Shown: positions 41,858 through 52,316, numbered from the stretch's first letter. The stretch: DNA of 64,000 nucleotides from an uncultured Clavibacter sp. (GCA_964521265.1 CAZFQY010000001.1:967-64966), one strand, 5' to 3'. The notes: generated by a model not told the origin, from the letters alone. Translations and numbers: made by a program.

Positions 41858-42789
41858 AAGATTTTGATTCCTTCGACTATAGAACAAAGTTTGGAAGCCG
41901 CTATTTCCCTTCACCAATCTTCACAGCAAGTGGATGTGCAGGTTCGGGTAAAGAGTTGAGCCAATTCTTCGATCTTGATGAATTAGGGGCAGTAGTCACT
42001 AAATCAATTGCCGTAAAACCACGTAGCGGTAGAGCGACTCCTCGCATGGCTGAAACCCCATCGGGGATGCTTAATTCAATAGGGCTGCAAGGTCCTGGAA
42101 TCGACCAATTTTTGGCAAATGACATTCCATGGTTGCAGAGCAAAGGTGCTCGGGTGATTGTTTCGATCTCGGGAGAGACTGTTGAGGAGTACGCCACCTT
42201 GGCTCGAAAACTTCGAGGGATAAACGCGCTTTACGGATTAGAGGTAAATATTTCCTGTCCAAATGTGGAAAATAGGGGATTGGTCTTCGCCTGCGATCCC
42301 GTTGCATCACGCGCAGTCATTGAGGCGGTTCGAAGAAACATAGGTGGCGACTATCCCATCATTGCGAAGCTCTCTCCAGATGTGACGGATATTGTTTCTA
42401 TCGCTAAGGAAGTGGTTTCAGCTGGTGCTGACGGTCTTGCTCTAATCAACACCGTCCTGGGGATGGTCATAGATGTGGATTCTGTGCGACCAAAGCTTGC
42501 TGGAGTAACTGGTGGCTTATCCGGACCCGCGATCCGTCCAATTGCAGTTCGAGCAATTTATCAAGTGCATGCTGCGCTCAAAACCGTTCCCATTCTCGGA
42601 ATGGGGGGAGTAGCCAGCGGCAAGGATGCTCTCGAGATGATATTCGCAGGCGCTTCTGGTGTCTCTATAGGCACTGCCACGTTTGGTAATCCAACGGCAG
42701 CAATCAAAGTTAAAGAGGAATTGGAGCAGTTACTACGCTCTAAAGGATATAAATCTCTCTCTGATGCGATAGGCGCTGCTCATGAGTAG
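41854..42789 (+). CDS. pyrD: Dihydroorotate dehydrogenase catalytic subunit, class 1 (Cys catalytic base)
   Basis: 311 aa. NSIGLQGPGI and EVNISCPNV (catalytic Cys, hence class 1). No N-terminal membrane-association extension. ATGA overlap with pyrK. Confidence 0.92.
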   Translation: MKDFDSFDYRTKFGSRYFPSPIFTASGCAGSGKELSQFFDLDELGAVVTKSIAVKPRSGRATPRMAETPSGMLNSIGLQGPGIDQFLANDIPWLQSKGARVIVSISGETVEEYATLARKLRGINALYGLEVNISCPNVENRGLVFACDPVASRAVIEAVRRNIGGDYPIIAKLSPDVTDIVSIAKEVVSAGADGLALINTVLGMVIDVDSVRPKLAGVTGGLSGPAIRPIAVRAIYQVHAALKTVPILGMGGVASGKDALEMIFAGASGVSIGTATFGNPTAAIKVKEELEQLLRSKGYKSLSDAIGAAHE

Positions 42790-43465
42790 TTCTCCGCTAA
42801 TTCTTGCTCTCGATTCGCCTGATGTTTCAAGGTGTAAAGAGCTAATCGAGGCTACAAGACAATACGTTGGAGTTTACAAATTCGGACTGGAATTTTTTAC
42901 AGCTAATGGAAGAGATGCTCTAGTTGTAATCCTGCGGGAATTCCCCGAGATTCGAGTCTTCCTTGACCTAAAGCTTCATGACATACCTAATACTGTGGGC
43001 AAAGCAAGTTCCAACTTTGCAGATATGCGGATCGACTTCCTCACTGTCCACGCCTCAGGAGGTCCTGAGATGATCAAAGCAGCATCCACCGCACTGCCAA
43101 ATACACGAATAACTGCCGTCACAGTTCTTACCTCCTTAGATTCCGAAATTCTCACCTCTATGGGAATGAATTCATCAATCAGTGAGATCGTAGAGAGATG
43201 GGCGGAACTTGCTGTTGCTTCTGGGGCGAGTGCGATAGTTGCCTCACCGTTGGAGGTCTCAATACTGCGCAGGGTATTACCGCGAGAGATCGCGCTGATC
43301 ACCCCAGGTATTCGTCCGGCTCTAGCGAAGGATGATCAAAAACGGACTATGACTCCAAAGCAAGCCTTAGAGGCCGGTTCTGATTATCTTGTCATAGGAC
43401 GACCCATTACGGATGCGCCCGATGTCCGCACGGCCGCTCGAGAGATTTTTGATTCTCTTCAATAG
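42782..43465 (+). CDS. pyrF: Orotidine 5'-phosphate decarboxylase
   Basis: 227 aa. LILALD and LDLKLHDIPNT motifs. 8-nt overlap with pyrD. Confidence 0.94.
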   Translation: MSSSPLILALDSPDVSRCKELIEATRQYVGVYKFGLEFFTANGRDALVVILREFPEIRVFLDLKLHDIPNTVGKASSNFADMRIDFLTVHASGGPEMIKAASTALPNTRITAVTVLTSLDSEILTSMGMNSSISEIVERWAELAVASGASAIVASPLEVSILRRVLPREIALITPGIRPALAKDDQKRTMTPKQALEAGSDYLVIGRPITDAPDVRTAAREIFDSLQ

Positions 43466-43482
43466 CGGAGTTTAATTGCCTC

Positions 43483-43797
43483 ATGCATTCCCCGCCCTCA
43501 CTTACGAGCGAGGAACGTCGTGCCGCCTTACAGAAAGCTGCTGTTCACAGAAGGGTCCGTGCAGAGTTTAAGCAAGAAGTGAGAAGCGGAAAGAGAAATT
43601 GGCGAGAAGCGCTTGATAGCCAAGACGTTGCTATTCAGAAAATGAGAGTGAAGGAACTTATCGAGTCGCTTCCCGGCTTTGGAACCATAAGGGCGCTTGC
43701 TGTACTCGATAAAGCAGGTATCTCGCATACCCGACGAGTGCAGGGACTTGGTGTCTCTCAGCGCGAGAAATTGAAGAGTGAATTGAGAGGGCGATAG
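43483..43797 (+). CDS. mihF: Actinobacterial integration host factor mIHF
   Basis: 104 aa. LTSEERRAALQKAA...MRVKELIESLPGFG...RRVQGLG. Conserved pyrF-mihF-gmk-rpoZ order. Confidence 0.88.
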   Translation: MHSPPSLTSEERRAALQKAAVHRRVRAEFKQEVRSGKRNWREALDSQDVAIQKMRVKELIESLPGFGTIRALAVLDKAGISHTRRVQGLGVSQREKLKSELRGR

Positions 43798-44346
43798 ATG
43801 TCCGGCCGTTTAATAGTGCTATCTGGACCGGGTGGTGTTGGTAAGAGCACGATAGTAAAGGAACTGAAGAAACATCCTGAGTTCTTCTTCTCGGTATCTG
43901 CGACAACGCGATCACCGCGTCTAGGAGAAAAGGACGGGGAGGCCTATTACTTTGTAAGTGACGAGAAATTTGATGAAATGATCAAGAATAATGAATTTCT
44001 AGAGTGGGCTCATTTCGCAGGTCATAAATATGGAACCCCTAGTCGTCCCGTCGTTGATGCTCTGGCGCTTGGCAAACATGCGCTTTTAGAGATAGAGATT
44101 GATGGGGCGAGACAGGTCCGGAGATCTCGACCGGATTCACTGCTGGTGTTTCTCCAGCCTCCTTCCTTTGAGGAGCTCGAGGGTCGAATAAGGGGTCGCC
44201 AGACAGATAGCGAGGAACGGATTAGAGCCCGTCTAGCGCTTGCTCAGGAAGAGATGGCCGCCGCCGGCGAGTTCGATCATGTAGTCGTTAACCATCGAGT
44301 CGAAGAGGTTGTAGAAGCGCTGGTATCCTTGGCGACTCGTAATTGA
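43798..44346 (+). CDS. gmk: Guanylate kinase
   Basis: 182 aa. P-loop LSGPGGVGKST, SATTR, YGT. Confidence 0.95.
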   Translation: MSGRLIVLSGPGGVGKSTIVKELKKHPEFFFSVSATTRSPRLGEKDGEAYYFVSDEKFDEMIKNNEFLEWAHFAGHKYGTPSRPVVDALALGKHALLEIEIDGARQVRRSRPDSLLVFLQPPSFEELEGRIRGRQTDSEERIRARLALAQEEMAAAGEFDHVVVNHRVEEVVEALVSLATRN

Positions 44347-44377
44347 ATAATCAATAGCCAGCCGGCGAGGAGTCATC

Positions 44378-44641
44378 GTGCCAAACCTTGATGGGATTAC
44401 TAATCCTCCAATCGATGATCTGCTTGAAAAGAGCGGATCGAAGTACAGCTTGGTTCTCTATGCTGCGAAGCGTGCTCGACAGATCAATGCATATTACTCA
44501 CAGTTAGGTGAGGGCCTTCTGGAATACGTGGGGCCATTGGTTGAAACTCATGTCCATGAAAAGCCACTCTCGATTGCTCTCCGAGAGATCAATGACAACC
44601 TACTCACCATCGAGAATCTCGAGCCTCAAGCGGAGAAATAA
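44378..44641 (+). CDS. rpoZ: DNA-directed RNA polymerase subunit omega
   Basis: 87 aa. [20 protein letters not shown] start preceded by GGCGAGGAG. Confidence 0.93.
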   Translation: MPNLDGITNPPIDDLLEKSGSKYSLVLYAAKRARQINAYYSQLGEGLLEYVGPLVETHVHEKPLSIALREINDNLLTIENLEPQAEK

Positions 44642-45850
44642 ATGATCACCTTCCCACGCGGTCGGGAGGTTGTGCTTGGCGTTGGAGCTGGTATTGCTGC
44701 CTACAAAGCATGTGACTTATTGCGCCGTCTACAGGATTTGGGTTTTCAAGTTACCGTAGTACCAACTAATTCCAGTTTGAATTTCGTTGGAAAAGCAACT
44801 TGGGAGGCGCTCTCGGGTCGTGAAGTTAAGACAGAAGTATGGGAAGGAACTCAATCAGTTTCTCATGTCGCGCTAGCTGATTCTGCCGATCTTGTAGTCA
44901 TCGCTCCGGCGACAGCAGATCTCATATCCCGTATCGCAACAGGCAGGGCAGATGATCTCCTGACAACTACGGTCTTGGCTACCAATGCTCCTGTTTTGAT
45001 TGTTCCCTCTATGCATCCTGGGATGTATCTCAATTCTGCCACGCAAGCGAATCTACAGACGCTCTCAGATCGCGGTTTCTTTTTGATGGAGCCTGATACG
45101 GGAAGGCTTACTGGTAAAGATTCAGGAATCGGTCGCTTCCCGGAGACGGGGAGAATTCTTGATGAGGTAAGTCGCATTTCTAAAACCAACGCTAAGTTAC
45201 ATGGCAAAAAAATTCTGATCACCGCAGGGGGAACTATGGAGGCTATCGATCCAGTTCGCTTCATAGGAAACAAGTCAAGCGGTCGCCAAGGTCTGGCTAT
45301 CGCATACGAAGCCCTTCGAGAAGGGGCTGAGGTTACGGTCGTAAGTGGAATAACTGAGGAATATGAGCTTCCCGGTATTAAGCGTATTGATGTAGAAACC
45401 GCAGTGCAGATGCGCGAAGCTGTTATGGCAGAACTGCCAACCGTCGATGTATTGATCATGGCAGCAGCGGTTGCAGATGCTCGACCAGCATCTGCTTCAA
45501 TTGAGAAGATTGCTAAGTCAGATTTTTCGACAATCAGTCTTGAGAAAAATCCAGATATCTTGGCAGAGGCGAGTAGGCATCGTTCGCCGCACCAAGTTTT
45601 TGTCGGCTTTGCTGCTGAGACTGGAGCGGGGATTCGTGAGAAAGGTCTTAACAAGCTGCATTCAAAAGGGGTTGATTTCCTCTACGTTACCGATGTGAGT
45701 AATGGGAAGGTTTTTGGAGAAAGCCAGACATCCGGAGTGTTGATCTCCAAACGGGGTCAAGATTGGGAATTTCAAAGTACTGATAAACACGAGGTGGGGC
45801 GAAAGATTGTTCTCGAATTAAGCCGAGAGTTAGGGGCTTTAAATGGCTAA
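44642..45850 (+). CDS. coaBC: Bifunctional phosphopantothenoylcysteine decarboxylase / phosphopantothenate--cysteine ligase
   Basis: 402 aa. Flavoprotein half ([20 protein letters not shown]) and CoaB half ([22 protein letters not shown]). Confidence 0.95.
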   Translation: MITFPRGREVVLGVGAGIAAYKACDLLRRLQDLGFQVTVVPTNSSLNFVGKATWEALSGREVKTEVWEGTQSVSHVALADSADLVVIAPATADLISRIATGRADDLLTTTVLATNAPVLIVPSMHPGMYLNSATQANLQTLSDRGFFLMEPDTGRLTGKDSGIGRFPETGRILDEVSRISKTNAKLHGKKILITAGGTMEAIDPVRFIGNKSSGRQGLAIAYEALREGAEVTVVSGITEEYELPGIKRIDVETAVQMREAVMAELPTVDVLIMAAAVADARPASASIEKIAKSDFSTISLEKNPDILAEASRHRSPHQVFVGFAAETGAGIREKGLNKLHSKGVDFLYVTDVSNGKVFGESQTSGVLISKRGQDWEFQSTDKHEVGRKIVLELSRELGALNG

Positions 45851-47036
45851 GCGACTTTTTACTTCAGAGAGCGTTACCGAAGGTCATCCCGACAAGATTG
45901 CCGATGCGATCTCTGATTCAGTTTTGGATTCACTATTGTCACAGGACCCTAAGAGTAGAGTTGCGTGCGAGACTCTTATAACCACTGGTCAGGTTCATGT
46001 CGCCGGCGAAGTGACAACAAATGGTTTCGCAGATGTTATGAATCTTGTCCGTGAAACAGTCCTTGGAATCGGTTATGACAGTTCAGATAAAGGCTTTGAT
46101 GGAAATAGTTGCGGCGTTTCAGTCTCCCTTGGATCCCAGAGTCAAGATATTGCTGTCGGTGTTGATCATGCAGTTGAGGAGCGCGTCTCAAAATCAGTCG
46201 ATCCTTTCGATCTGCAAGGCGCTGGTGACCAAGGGTTAATGTTTGGATATGCGGTAAAGGATACGAAGGAGCTCATGCCGCTTCCGATTGCTATGGCGCA
46301 TCGTCTAGCAGAACGGCTAACCGAAGTTAGAAAAAATGGTGAATTAGGTTACCTACGTCCAGATGGCAAAACCCAGGTCACGATCGAATATGACGGATCT
46401 GAAGCCCTGGCGGTTAACACCGTTGTAGTCTCATCTCAACACGCTCCGGATGTCGATATAGAGAAGAAGATGACACCAGAGATCATCGAACATGTCATTA
46501 AGCCAGTCTTATCGACCTTCTCTATCCCATTTGATTCCATGAGGACCCTCATTAATCCAACGGGGCGTTTCGTCATCGGCGGCCCCATGGGAGATGCTGG
46601 TCTTACTGGTAGAAAGATTATTGTCGACACTTATGGTGGAATGGCTCGGCATGGTGGAGGCGCATTTAGCGGAAAGGATCCTTCAAAAGTCGATCGCTCT
46701 GCTGCATATGCAATGCGATGGGTAGCGAAGAATGTTGTCGCTGCTGGCCTTGCTGAAAGATGCGAAGTGCAAGTTGCTTATGCGATCGGGAAAGCCCATC
46801 CAGTTGGCCTCTTTGTTGAAACATTTGGAACGGAGAGCGTTCCGGTTTCCCAGATCTCCGACGCTGTTTTATCTGTCTTCGACCTTCGACCTGCGGCCAT
46901 CATTAAGGATCTTGATTTGCTACGTCCCATCTATAGAAAAACCAGCGCTTACGGTCACTTTGGACGCGAACTTACAGATTTCACTTGGGAGCGAGTCGAT
47001 CGTGCAGCAGCTTTGGCAAGCGCCGTAAGAGGCTAA
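45843..47036 (+). CDS. metK: S-adenosylmethionine synthase
   Basis: 397 aa. [34 protein letters not shown]. 8-nt overlap with coaBC. Confidence 0.98.
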   Translation: MAKRLFTSESVTEGHPDKIADAISDSVLDSLLSQDPKSRVACETLITTGQVHVAGEVTTNGFADVMNLVRETVLGIGYDSSDKGFDGNSCGVSVSLGSQSQDIAVGVDHAVEERVSKSVDPFDLQGAGDQGLMFGYAVKDTKELMPLPIAMAHRLAERLTEVRKNGELGYLRPDGKTQVTIEYDGSEALAVNTVVVSSQHAPDVDIEKKMTPEIIEHVIKPVLSTFSIPFDSMRTLINPTGRFVIGGPMGDAGLTGRKIIVDTYGGMARHGGGAFSGKDPSKVDRSAAYAMRWVAKNVVAAGLAERCEVQVAYAIGKAHPVGLFVETFGTESVPVSQISDAVLSVFDLRPAAIIKDLDLLRPIYRKTSAYGHFGRELTDFTWERVDRAAALASAVRG

Positions 47037-48814
47037 TGCGAATGGCGGCTAAACCGCTGAAATTAAAACGTGAACGGGCAAAAACGGTCGTTCGTTCTGG
47101 CAGATATAGGTTTACGGCCGAGGTATTGATAGATCATGAACTGACTCATCTCGACAAACCTTTCTCTTACGGGGTTCCAACGGACCTGCTTGATTTCACA
47201 GCTCGCGGTTCAAGGGTCATCGTCCCATTTAATGGGCACGAAACTGAGGGTATTGTCACGAAAATTCAAGAAGGCGACGAACTCCCAAATAAACCGATTT
47301 TGAAAGTTTTATCGTCAGCATTCTATGGCGATGAGTCTCTCCAATTGGCTGATGAGGTTGCCAAACGTTACGCAACTACCACCGTAAAAGTGCTTCGACA
47401 CATCCCAGGGCTTGGAAGCTCGCGCTTTGATGAAGGCTCAGATCAGAGAAAGAGGAAGCGCGGCCATAGGGTCCAGAGGCGGTATCTTTCTAAAAGTAGT
47501 TTCTCCTTAGACAACTTGATTGAAAAGTTGTCTAATGTTGAAGGAGACTCAATCCTGCTAGTTCCCACAGAAAGGGAGGCTGCCCTATTACATAGTCAAC
47601 TTCATGGTCTTTTCAAAGAACGAGTTGTTAAGGCTTTTGGACGAAGGAAAACTTCGATTTCTTTCCCTAAGCGGGGAGTCATTGTGGGAACGAGAGGGGC
47701 AGTCTTCTTGCAGGTTCCGTCCCTCGATTACATGGTGATCTTCCACGATTCATCGGAGCACTTTTGGAGTGAGCGTAACCCGTATTGGAATGTCCGTGAC
47801 GTGGCACTTCTTCGCTCGAGGATCTCGGAAGTTGACATTGACTTTGTGAGTGGTTTCCCATCCGCTGAGTTGTCTCGTCTAATGGAGATTGGATATCTAC
47901 ATCGGCAAAATAGTCCGCGCCTGAGTCTCCGTAAGCGTAGACGGGTTTGTTCGCTTCCCGATTCGTATCACGGAACTATTCGTGACGGCTTGAAGAATGG
48001 AAGTGTGCTGGTTCAGGTTGCCCATAAGGATTATTCCTCACTTGTTATTTGTCAAAGATGCAGGAGTAGACCTCTATGTGACTGCGGATTCCCTTTAAAA
48101 ATGGCCAATAAGGAAGGGTTCACTTGCACAATTTGTGGGACAAAAATTGGAGAATGGAAATGCAAAGAGTGTGGCTCCACCGAGAGGCTCATGATTGGTC
48201 GTGGAGCAAAACGCATCGAGGAGGAATTAGGAAAAGCATTCCCACGCGTGCCAATCTTTCTTTCAACTAAAGAGAAACCATTAGATGACTGCCCGGAACA
48301 CGGAATTATTGTCGCCACCCCTGGAATGCAACCTAGCGCTTCAATATTCTCAGCGCTGGTGCTACTAGATGGAGAACTACAACTCAATCGTCCTACAATG
48401 AGAGCGGAAGAGCGCCTACTAGACCTGTGGTTCTCGCTTATCGCCCAATCTAAAGACACTGCTCCTATATTTGTCTCCCTACCATCGAATCATCGAGTCA
48501 CTCAAGCAATAGCTATTGGCTCACCGAATCGTCTGATAAGTACAATTCTGGCCGAACGAAAAGAAGTGAAGCTGCCACCCTGGTATCGAGTGATTCGAAT
48601 TAAGAGCAATGATCTCTCTAGTTTGCAAGTGAACCTCCATGAAGAGTTCAACTATTCAATAATTTCTCGCTCCACAGCCTCAGGAGAACTCTTGATTCGA
48701 GTCCCCGTCGACAAGTCACAAGAAGTCATCGATTCCATATTGTCCTTGGTCAAATATCGCCTTGCCCTAAAGAAAGAAACGATCTCAGTTGAAATCGACC
48801 CTCATGACCTCTAA
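47036..48814 (+). CDS. priA: Primosomal protein N' (PriA) homologue with degenerate ATPase/helicase motifs
   Basis: Collinear with PriA. N-terminal 3'-DNA-binding region (VPFNGHETEGIV), Cys-rich zinc region (CQRCRSRPLCDCG...CTICG...CKECGS), and C-terminal LPPW... segment. Conserved metK-priA position. No GxGKT Walker A is present, and DEEH is replaced (VIFHDSSEH). The ATG at 47036 overlaps the metK TAA. Confidence 0.8.
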   Translation: MRMAAKPLKLKRERAKTVVRSGRYRFTAEVLIDHELTHLDKPFSYGVPTDLLDFTARGSRVIVPFNGHETEGIVTKIQEGDELPNKPILKVLSSAFYGDESLQLADEVAKRYATTTVKVLRHIPGLGSSRFDEGSDQRKRKRGHRVQRRYLSKSSFSLDNLIEKLSNVEGDSILLVPTEREAALLHSQLHGLFKERVVKAFGRRKTSISFPKRGVIVGTRGAVFLQVPSLDYMVIFHDSSEHFWSERNPYWNVRDVALLRSRISEVDIDFVSGFPSAELSRLMEIGYLHRQNSPRLSLRKRRRVCSLPDSYHGTIRDGLKNGSVLVQVAHKDYSSLVICQRCRSRPLCDCGFPLKMANKEGFTCTICGTKIGEWKCKECGSTERLMIGRGAKRIEEELGKAFPRVPIFLSTKEKPLDDCPEHGIIVATPGMQPSASIFSALVLLDGELQLNRPTMRAEERLLDLWFSLIAQSKDTAPIFVSLPSNHRVTQAIAIGSPNRLISTILAERKEVKLPPWYRVIRIKSNDLSSLQVNLHEEFNYSIISRSTASGELLIRVPVDKSQEVIDSILSLVKYRLALKKETISVEIDPHDL

Positions 48815-48853
48815 TAGTTAAAGTAATTATTCGCTAGAGGCTAGAATCGGAAT

Positions 48854-49414
48854 ATGTCGATACAGCCCATAAGGTACTTCGGAGATCCAGTCTTGACGAC
48901 CCCCGCGGCTCCAGTCGTTGACTTCGATAAGGAACTTAGAGTTCTTGTGAAAGATCTTATTGACACCATGCTGGACGCTCCAGGTGCGGGATTGGCAGCT
49001 CCTCAGATTGGAGTACCGCTAAGAGTTTTTGTATGGGATGTCGATGAGGAGATTGGCCATCTGGTCAATCCCACTCTTGATCTCAGCGAAGAACTCCAAG
49101 ATGGAGAAGAGGGTTGTTTGTCTTTTCCGGAGTTGAGATACGAAACTCCTAGAGCTATGCGAGCTGTGGCTAAAGGATTTAACATGTATGGAGAGCCAGT
49201 TTTGGTTGAAGGTACGGCATTCTTGGCGAGAGCGCTTCAGCACGAAACGGATCATTTAAACGGCATAGTCTTTATTGACCGATTGCCGCAAGAGTTGCGA
49301 AAGCAAGCCATGAAGGAAATCCGGAATTCGGAGTGGTTCATGTCGGCGCAGTCCGAGGGCATGACTCCGGAAATCAGGGTTTCGCCACATCAAACATTTG
49401 GCAAGGGCATCTGA
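48854..49414 (+). CDS. def: Peptide deformylase
   Basis: 186 aa. GAGLAAPQIG, EGCLSFP, HETDHLNG. Confidence 0.96.
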   Translation: MSIQPIRYFGDPVLTTPAAPVVDFDKELRVLVKDLIDTMLDAPGAGLAAPQIGVPLRVFVWDVDEEIGHLVNPTLDLSEELQDGEEGCLSFPELRYETPRAMRAVAKGFNMYGEPVLVEGTAFLARALQHETDHLNGIVFIDRLPQELRKQAMKEIRNSEWFMSAQSEGMTPEIRVSPHQTFGKGI

Positions 49415-50318
49415 TTTGAGATTGCTTGTCGCATCTACTTCGAAATTAGCGATACCTTCGATCAGGGTGCTTCAACATCGTGGCTTTGACATTATCGGAG
49501 TCTTAACAAAGAGCGATAAACCAACTGGTAGGGGACAAGTAGCCAAGCCACAGCCAATCGCTGTTGATCTTGCTGGCCTCTTACCAATTTATAAAGTCTC
49601 TGATCATCGAGAGCTAGAAAGTGCGCTTCGGGACCTTAAGCCAGATCTTGTCATAGCTATTGCCTTTGGTATGTTGGTTAGAGCTGATTCTCTACGTATT
49701 CCCAAGTATGGATGGATCAATCTCCACTTCTCGCTGCTCCCGAAATATCGCGGCGCTGCTCCCGTGCAGAGGGCCATTCTCTCCGGTGATGAATTATCAG
49801 GATTGACAGTTTTCCAACTAGATGAGGGTATGGACACTGGTCCGATATATGTCACGCAATCAGTGTCTATCGCGAGAAAAGACGCGGGAAACGTACTAAA
49901 TGAGATGTCTGAATTAGGCGGAAGTTTGCTTTCAGAAGCTATTGAAAAGATCTCCAAAGGCCTACCGCCAACTCCCCAAAGCGGGGATACTTCCTTAGCA
50001 AAGAAGATCAGTTCCGAAGAGGCCCGAATCCTCTTCGCCAGAGATGCCCAATTTATCGAGCGACAGATTCGCGCGTTCTCGCCGAAACCTGGCGCCTGGT
50101 GCACCTTCCGAGGTAGCCGAGTAAAGATTTTCAGCTCTCAAGTTGATGAAGATTTCTCCGCTCAGTTGGGGGAAGTAATCGGAATTTCACCCTTGAAAGT
50201 CAGTACTGCTAAGGGCTCCCTTGTAATCGGAGCACTTCAGGAATCTGGGAAGCGGTTGATGCAAAGTGATGAATGGGCTAGAGGCTCACGCGTCACGGTT
50301 GGAGAAAAATTTGAATAA
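49398..50318 (+). CDS. fmt: Methionyl-tRNA formyltransferase
   Basis: HFSLLPKYRGAAPVQRAI, and the def-fmt order. The start is uncertain. TTG 49416 (giving MRLLVAST...) lies just after the def stop and fits family N-termini better than TTG 49398. Confidence 0.93.
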   Translation: MARASDLRLLVASTSKLAIPSIRVLQHRGFDIIGVLTKSDKPTGRGQVAKPQPIAVDLAGLLPIYKVSDHRELESALRDLKPDLVIAIAFGMLVRADSLRIPKYGWINLHFSLLPKYRGAAPVQRAILSGDELSGLTVFQLDEGMDTGPIYVTQSVSIARKDAGNVLNEMSELGGSLLSEAIEKISKGLPPTPQSGDTSLAKKISSEEARILFARDAQFIERQIRAFSPKPGAWCTFRGSRVKIFSSQVDEDFSAQLGEVIGISPLKVSTAKGSLVIGALQESGKRLMQSDEWARGSRVTVGEKFE

Positions 50319-51594
50319 GACAAAGAGTTCACAGAAGAGCGCTCGCCAGCTTGCCTGGGAATTAATCTACGAAGTTGATAACTCAGATACCTATAGCAAT
50401 CTAGAGGTTCCAAGAGCGCTATTGGTCTCCAATCTAGAGGCCAGGGATAAGGCATTGGTTACAAATCTGGTTTACGGAACTCTGCGCATGAGGGGTTTTC
50501 TAGATGGAGCAATCAAAAGGCATGTTGATCGTCCGCTGGAGAGCGTTGACTTCAAAGTGCTCACCACCCTTCGTATGGGCGCTTATCAATTGCTGATCCT
50601 CGCAACGCCACCTCATGCAGCGGTAAATGAGATAGTGGATCTCGCGAAGATTGTCTGTGGGAAGAGTGCGTCGAGTTTCGTTAATGCGATTATGCGACGT
50701 TTGTCTGAGAATCTTGATTACTCACCTTCAACTCTCTCTGAGAAGTACTCGCATCCTGAATGGATAATTAGTGCGTTTCGCGACTGCTTAAAGGATGAAG
50801 AATTAGTTGTTGCCCAGCTAGAAGCCGATAATGCTGTTGCCCTTCCCACGCTGATAGCTTGGCCGAATCTTTCAAACCATCACGAATTACTTGCCGCTGG
50901 AGCAGAGAGGGTTACTGATTCAAAGAATGCCTTCACATATAGGGGGAACCCTGGGGAAATCCCAGCTATCAAGGAGCGCCGGGCAGGGGTACAGGACCTT
51001 GGGTCACAGATAATCGTCGAAATCTTCTTTGAAACGAAGAGCGATGGAAGAAAATTACGTTGGCTAGATCTCTGCGCAGGGCCTGGCGGAAAAGCTGCTT
51101 ATCTTGAATCGCTCATAGGGGATGACGAGATGATCGCGAACGATCCTTCCCCAGCTAGAGCAAAGCTGGTCACCCAAGTCTTACGGCGATCCGAAGTGAT
51201 GTCCTTCGATGGACGCGACATACCCCCTGAAATAGGTGAATTCGATCGGATTCTCATCGATGCCCCATGTACAGGATTAGGAGCGCTAAGGCGACGTCCA
51301 GAGGTGAGATGGCGCCGTCAACCTTCAGATCTTCGCAGCCTCACTCAACTTCAACGCGATCTTCTCGATAGCGCTGCTACCAGAGTTCCACGAGGCGGGA
51401 TTATTGGGTATTCGACTTGCAGTCCGCATCTGGCAGAAACCAAGATCCAGGTTAGCGACTTCCTTCGCACTCACCCAAACTTTCGACGGGTAAGTGTTGG
51501 GATGCGCGCGGATAAAGACGGGGACTTACAGCTTTGGACTTTTCGAGATGGCACCGACTGTATGTTCCTTTCCTTGCTAGAACGAGTCAGTTAG
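50266..51594 (+). CDS. rsmB: 16S rRNA (cytosine-C5)-methyltransferase RsmB/Sun
   Basis: NusB-like N-terminal domain. SAM methyltransferase motifs DLCAGPGGK, DAPCTGLGALRRRPE, YSTCS. The start is uncertain: the track ATG 50266 overlaps fmt by 53 nt, whereas TTG 50311 would overlap by 8 nt. Confidence 0.9.
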   Translation: MMNGLEAHASRLEKNLNKTKSSQKSARQLAWELIYEVDNSDTYSNLEVPRALLVSNLEARDKALVTNLVYGTLRMRGFLDGAIKRHVDRPLESVDFKVLTTLRMGAYQLLILATPPHAAVNEIVDLAKIVCGKSASSFVNAIMRRLSENLDYSPSTLSEKYSHPEWIISAFRDCLKDEELVVAQLEADNAVALPTLIAWPNLSNHHELLAAGAERVTDSKNAFTYRGNPGEIPAIKERRAGVQDLGSQIIVEIFFETKSDGRKLRWLDLCAGPGGKAAYLESLIGDDEMIANDPSPARAKLVTQVLRRSEVMSFDGRDIPPEIGEFDRILIDAPCTGLGALRRRPEVRWRRQPSDLRSLTQLQRDLLDSAATRVPRGGIIGYSTCSPHLAETKIQVSDFLRTHPNFRRVSVGMRADKDGDLQLWTFRDGTDCMFLSLLERVS

Positions 51595-51610
51595 GGAGTA
51601 TGGTTTCATC

Positions 51611-52273
51611 ATGATCCGAATTTGCCCTAGCATCCTAAATGCAAATTTCGACGATCTTCCTAATGAGATTGCAAAAGTTGCAAAGGTTAGCGATCTTCTC
51701 CATCTGGATGTTATGGACAACAAGTTTGTACCCAATTTCACGTTTGATCTAGAGCAATCTCGCAAGATTATTGAAGAGTCAACTCTTCCAGTTGATGTTC
51801 ATCTTATGATTGCCAACGCAGACCAAGAAGCATTACCTTATGCTGAAACGAAGGCGGTAAGCATCACCGTTCACCTCGAAGCGTGTACTGACCCTATTTA
51901 TGTTCTAACGGAAATCCGGAAGCGTGGTAAGCGAGCTGCTATTGCAATCAAGCCGGGAACGGCGATTGAGGAAATATCTGAACTAGTTGAGCTAGTCGAC
52001 ATGATTCTCGTAATGACGGTTGAACCTGGATTTGGTGGTCAGAAGTTCATGATAGGGATGATGGAAAAGGTGGAGCGAGCCCGTAAATGGTTGGATCAAA
52101 AGGGCTATTCAGACACCTGGCTACAAGTTGATGGTGGCATAAATCTCGAAACTATTGAAATTGCACGAAGGGCGGGAGCTGACACCTTCGTAGCAGGTTC
52201 CGTTGTCTTCAAATCCGAGCAACCAGCCGAGGTCATAGAAAATCTCCGTCGCCTAGCTACCTCTGTCAAGTAA
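51611..52273 (+). CDS. rpe: Ribulose-phosphate 3-epimerase
   Basis: 220 aa. PSILNANF, HLDVMDNKFVPN, MTVEPGFGGQKF, VDGGI. Confidence 0.96.
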   Translation: MIRICPSILNANFDDLPNEIAKVAKVSDLLHLDVMDNKFVPNFTFDLEQSRKIIEESTLPVDVHLMIANADQEALPYAETKAVSITVHLEACTDPIYVLTEIRKRGKRAAIAIKPGTAIEEISELVELVDMILVMTVEPGFGGQKFMIGMMEKVERARKWLDQKGYSDTWLQVDGGINLETIEIARRAGADTFVAGSVVFKSEQPAEVIENLRRLATSVK

Positions 52274-52316
52274 CCTTGGCTCGTTTCAATCTGCCTTCAA
52301 CGACGGGAGTCATTAG

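Noticed and set aside
44863-45654. A 263-aa ORF on the minus strand, antisense to coaBC.
   Set aside because: It lies entirely inside a well-supported conserved gene. Its composition is Ser/Ala/Arg/Pro-rich and low-complexity, typical of shadow ORFs opposite real genes. No recognisable motifs.
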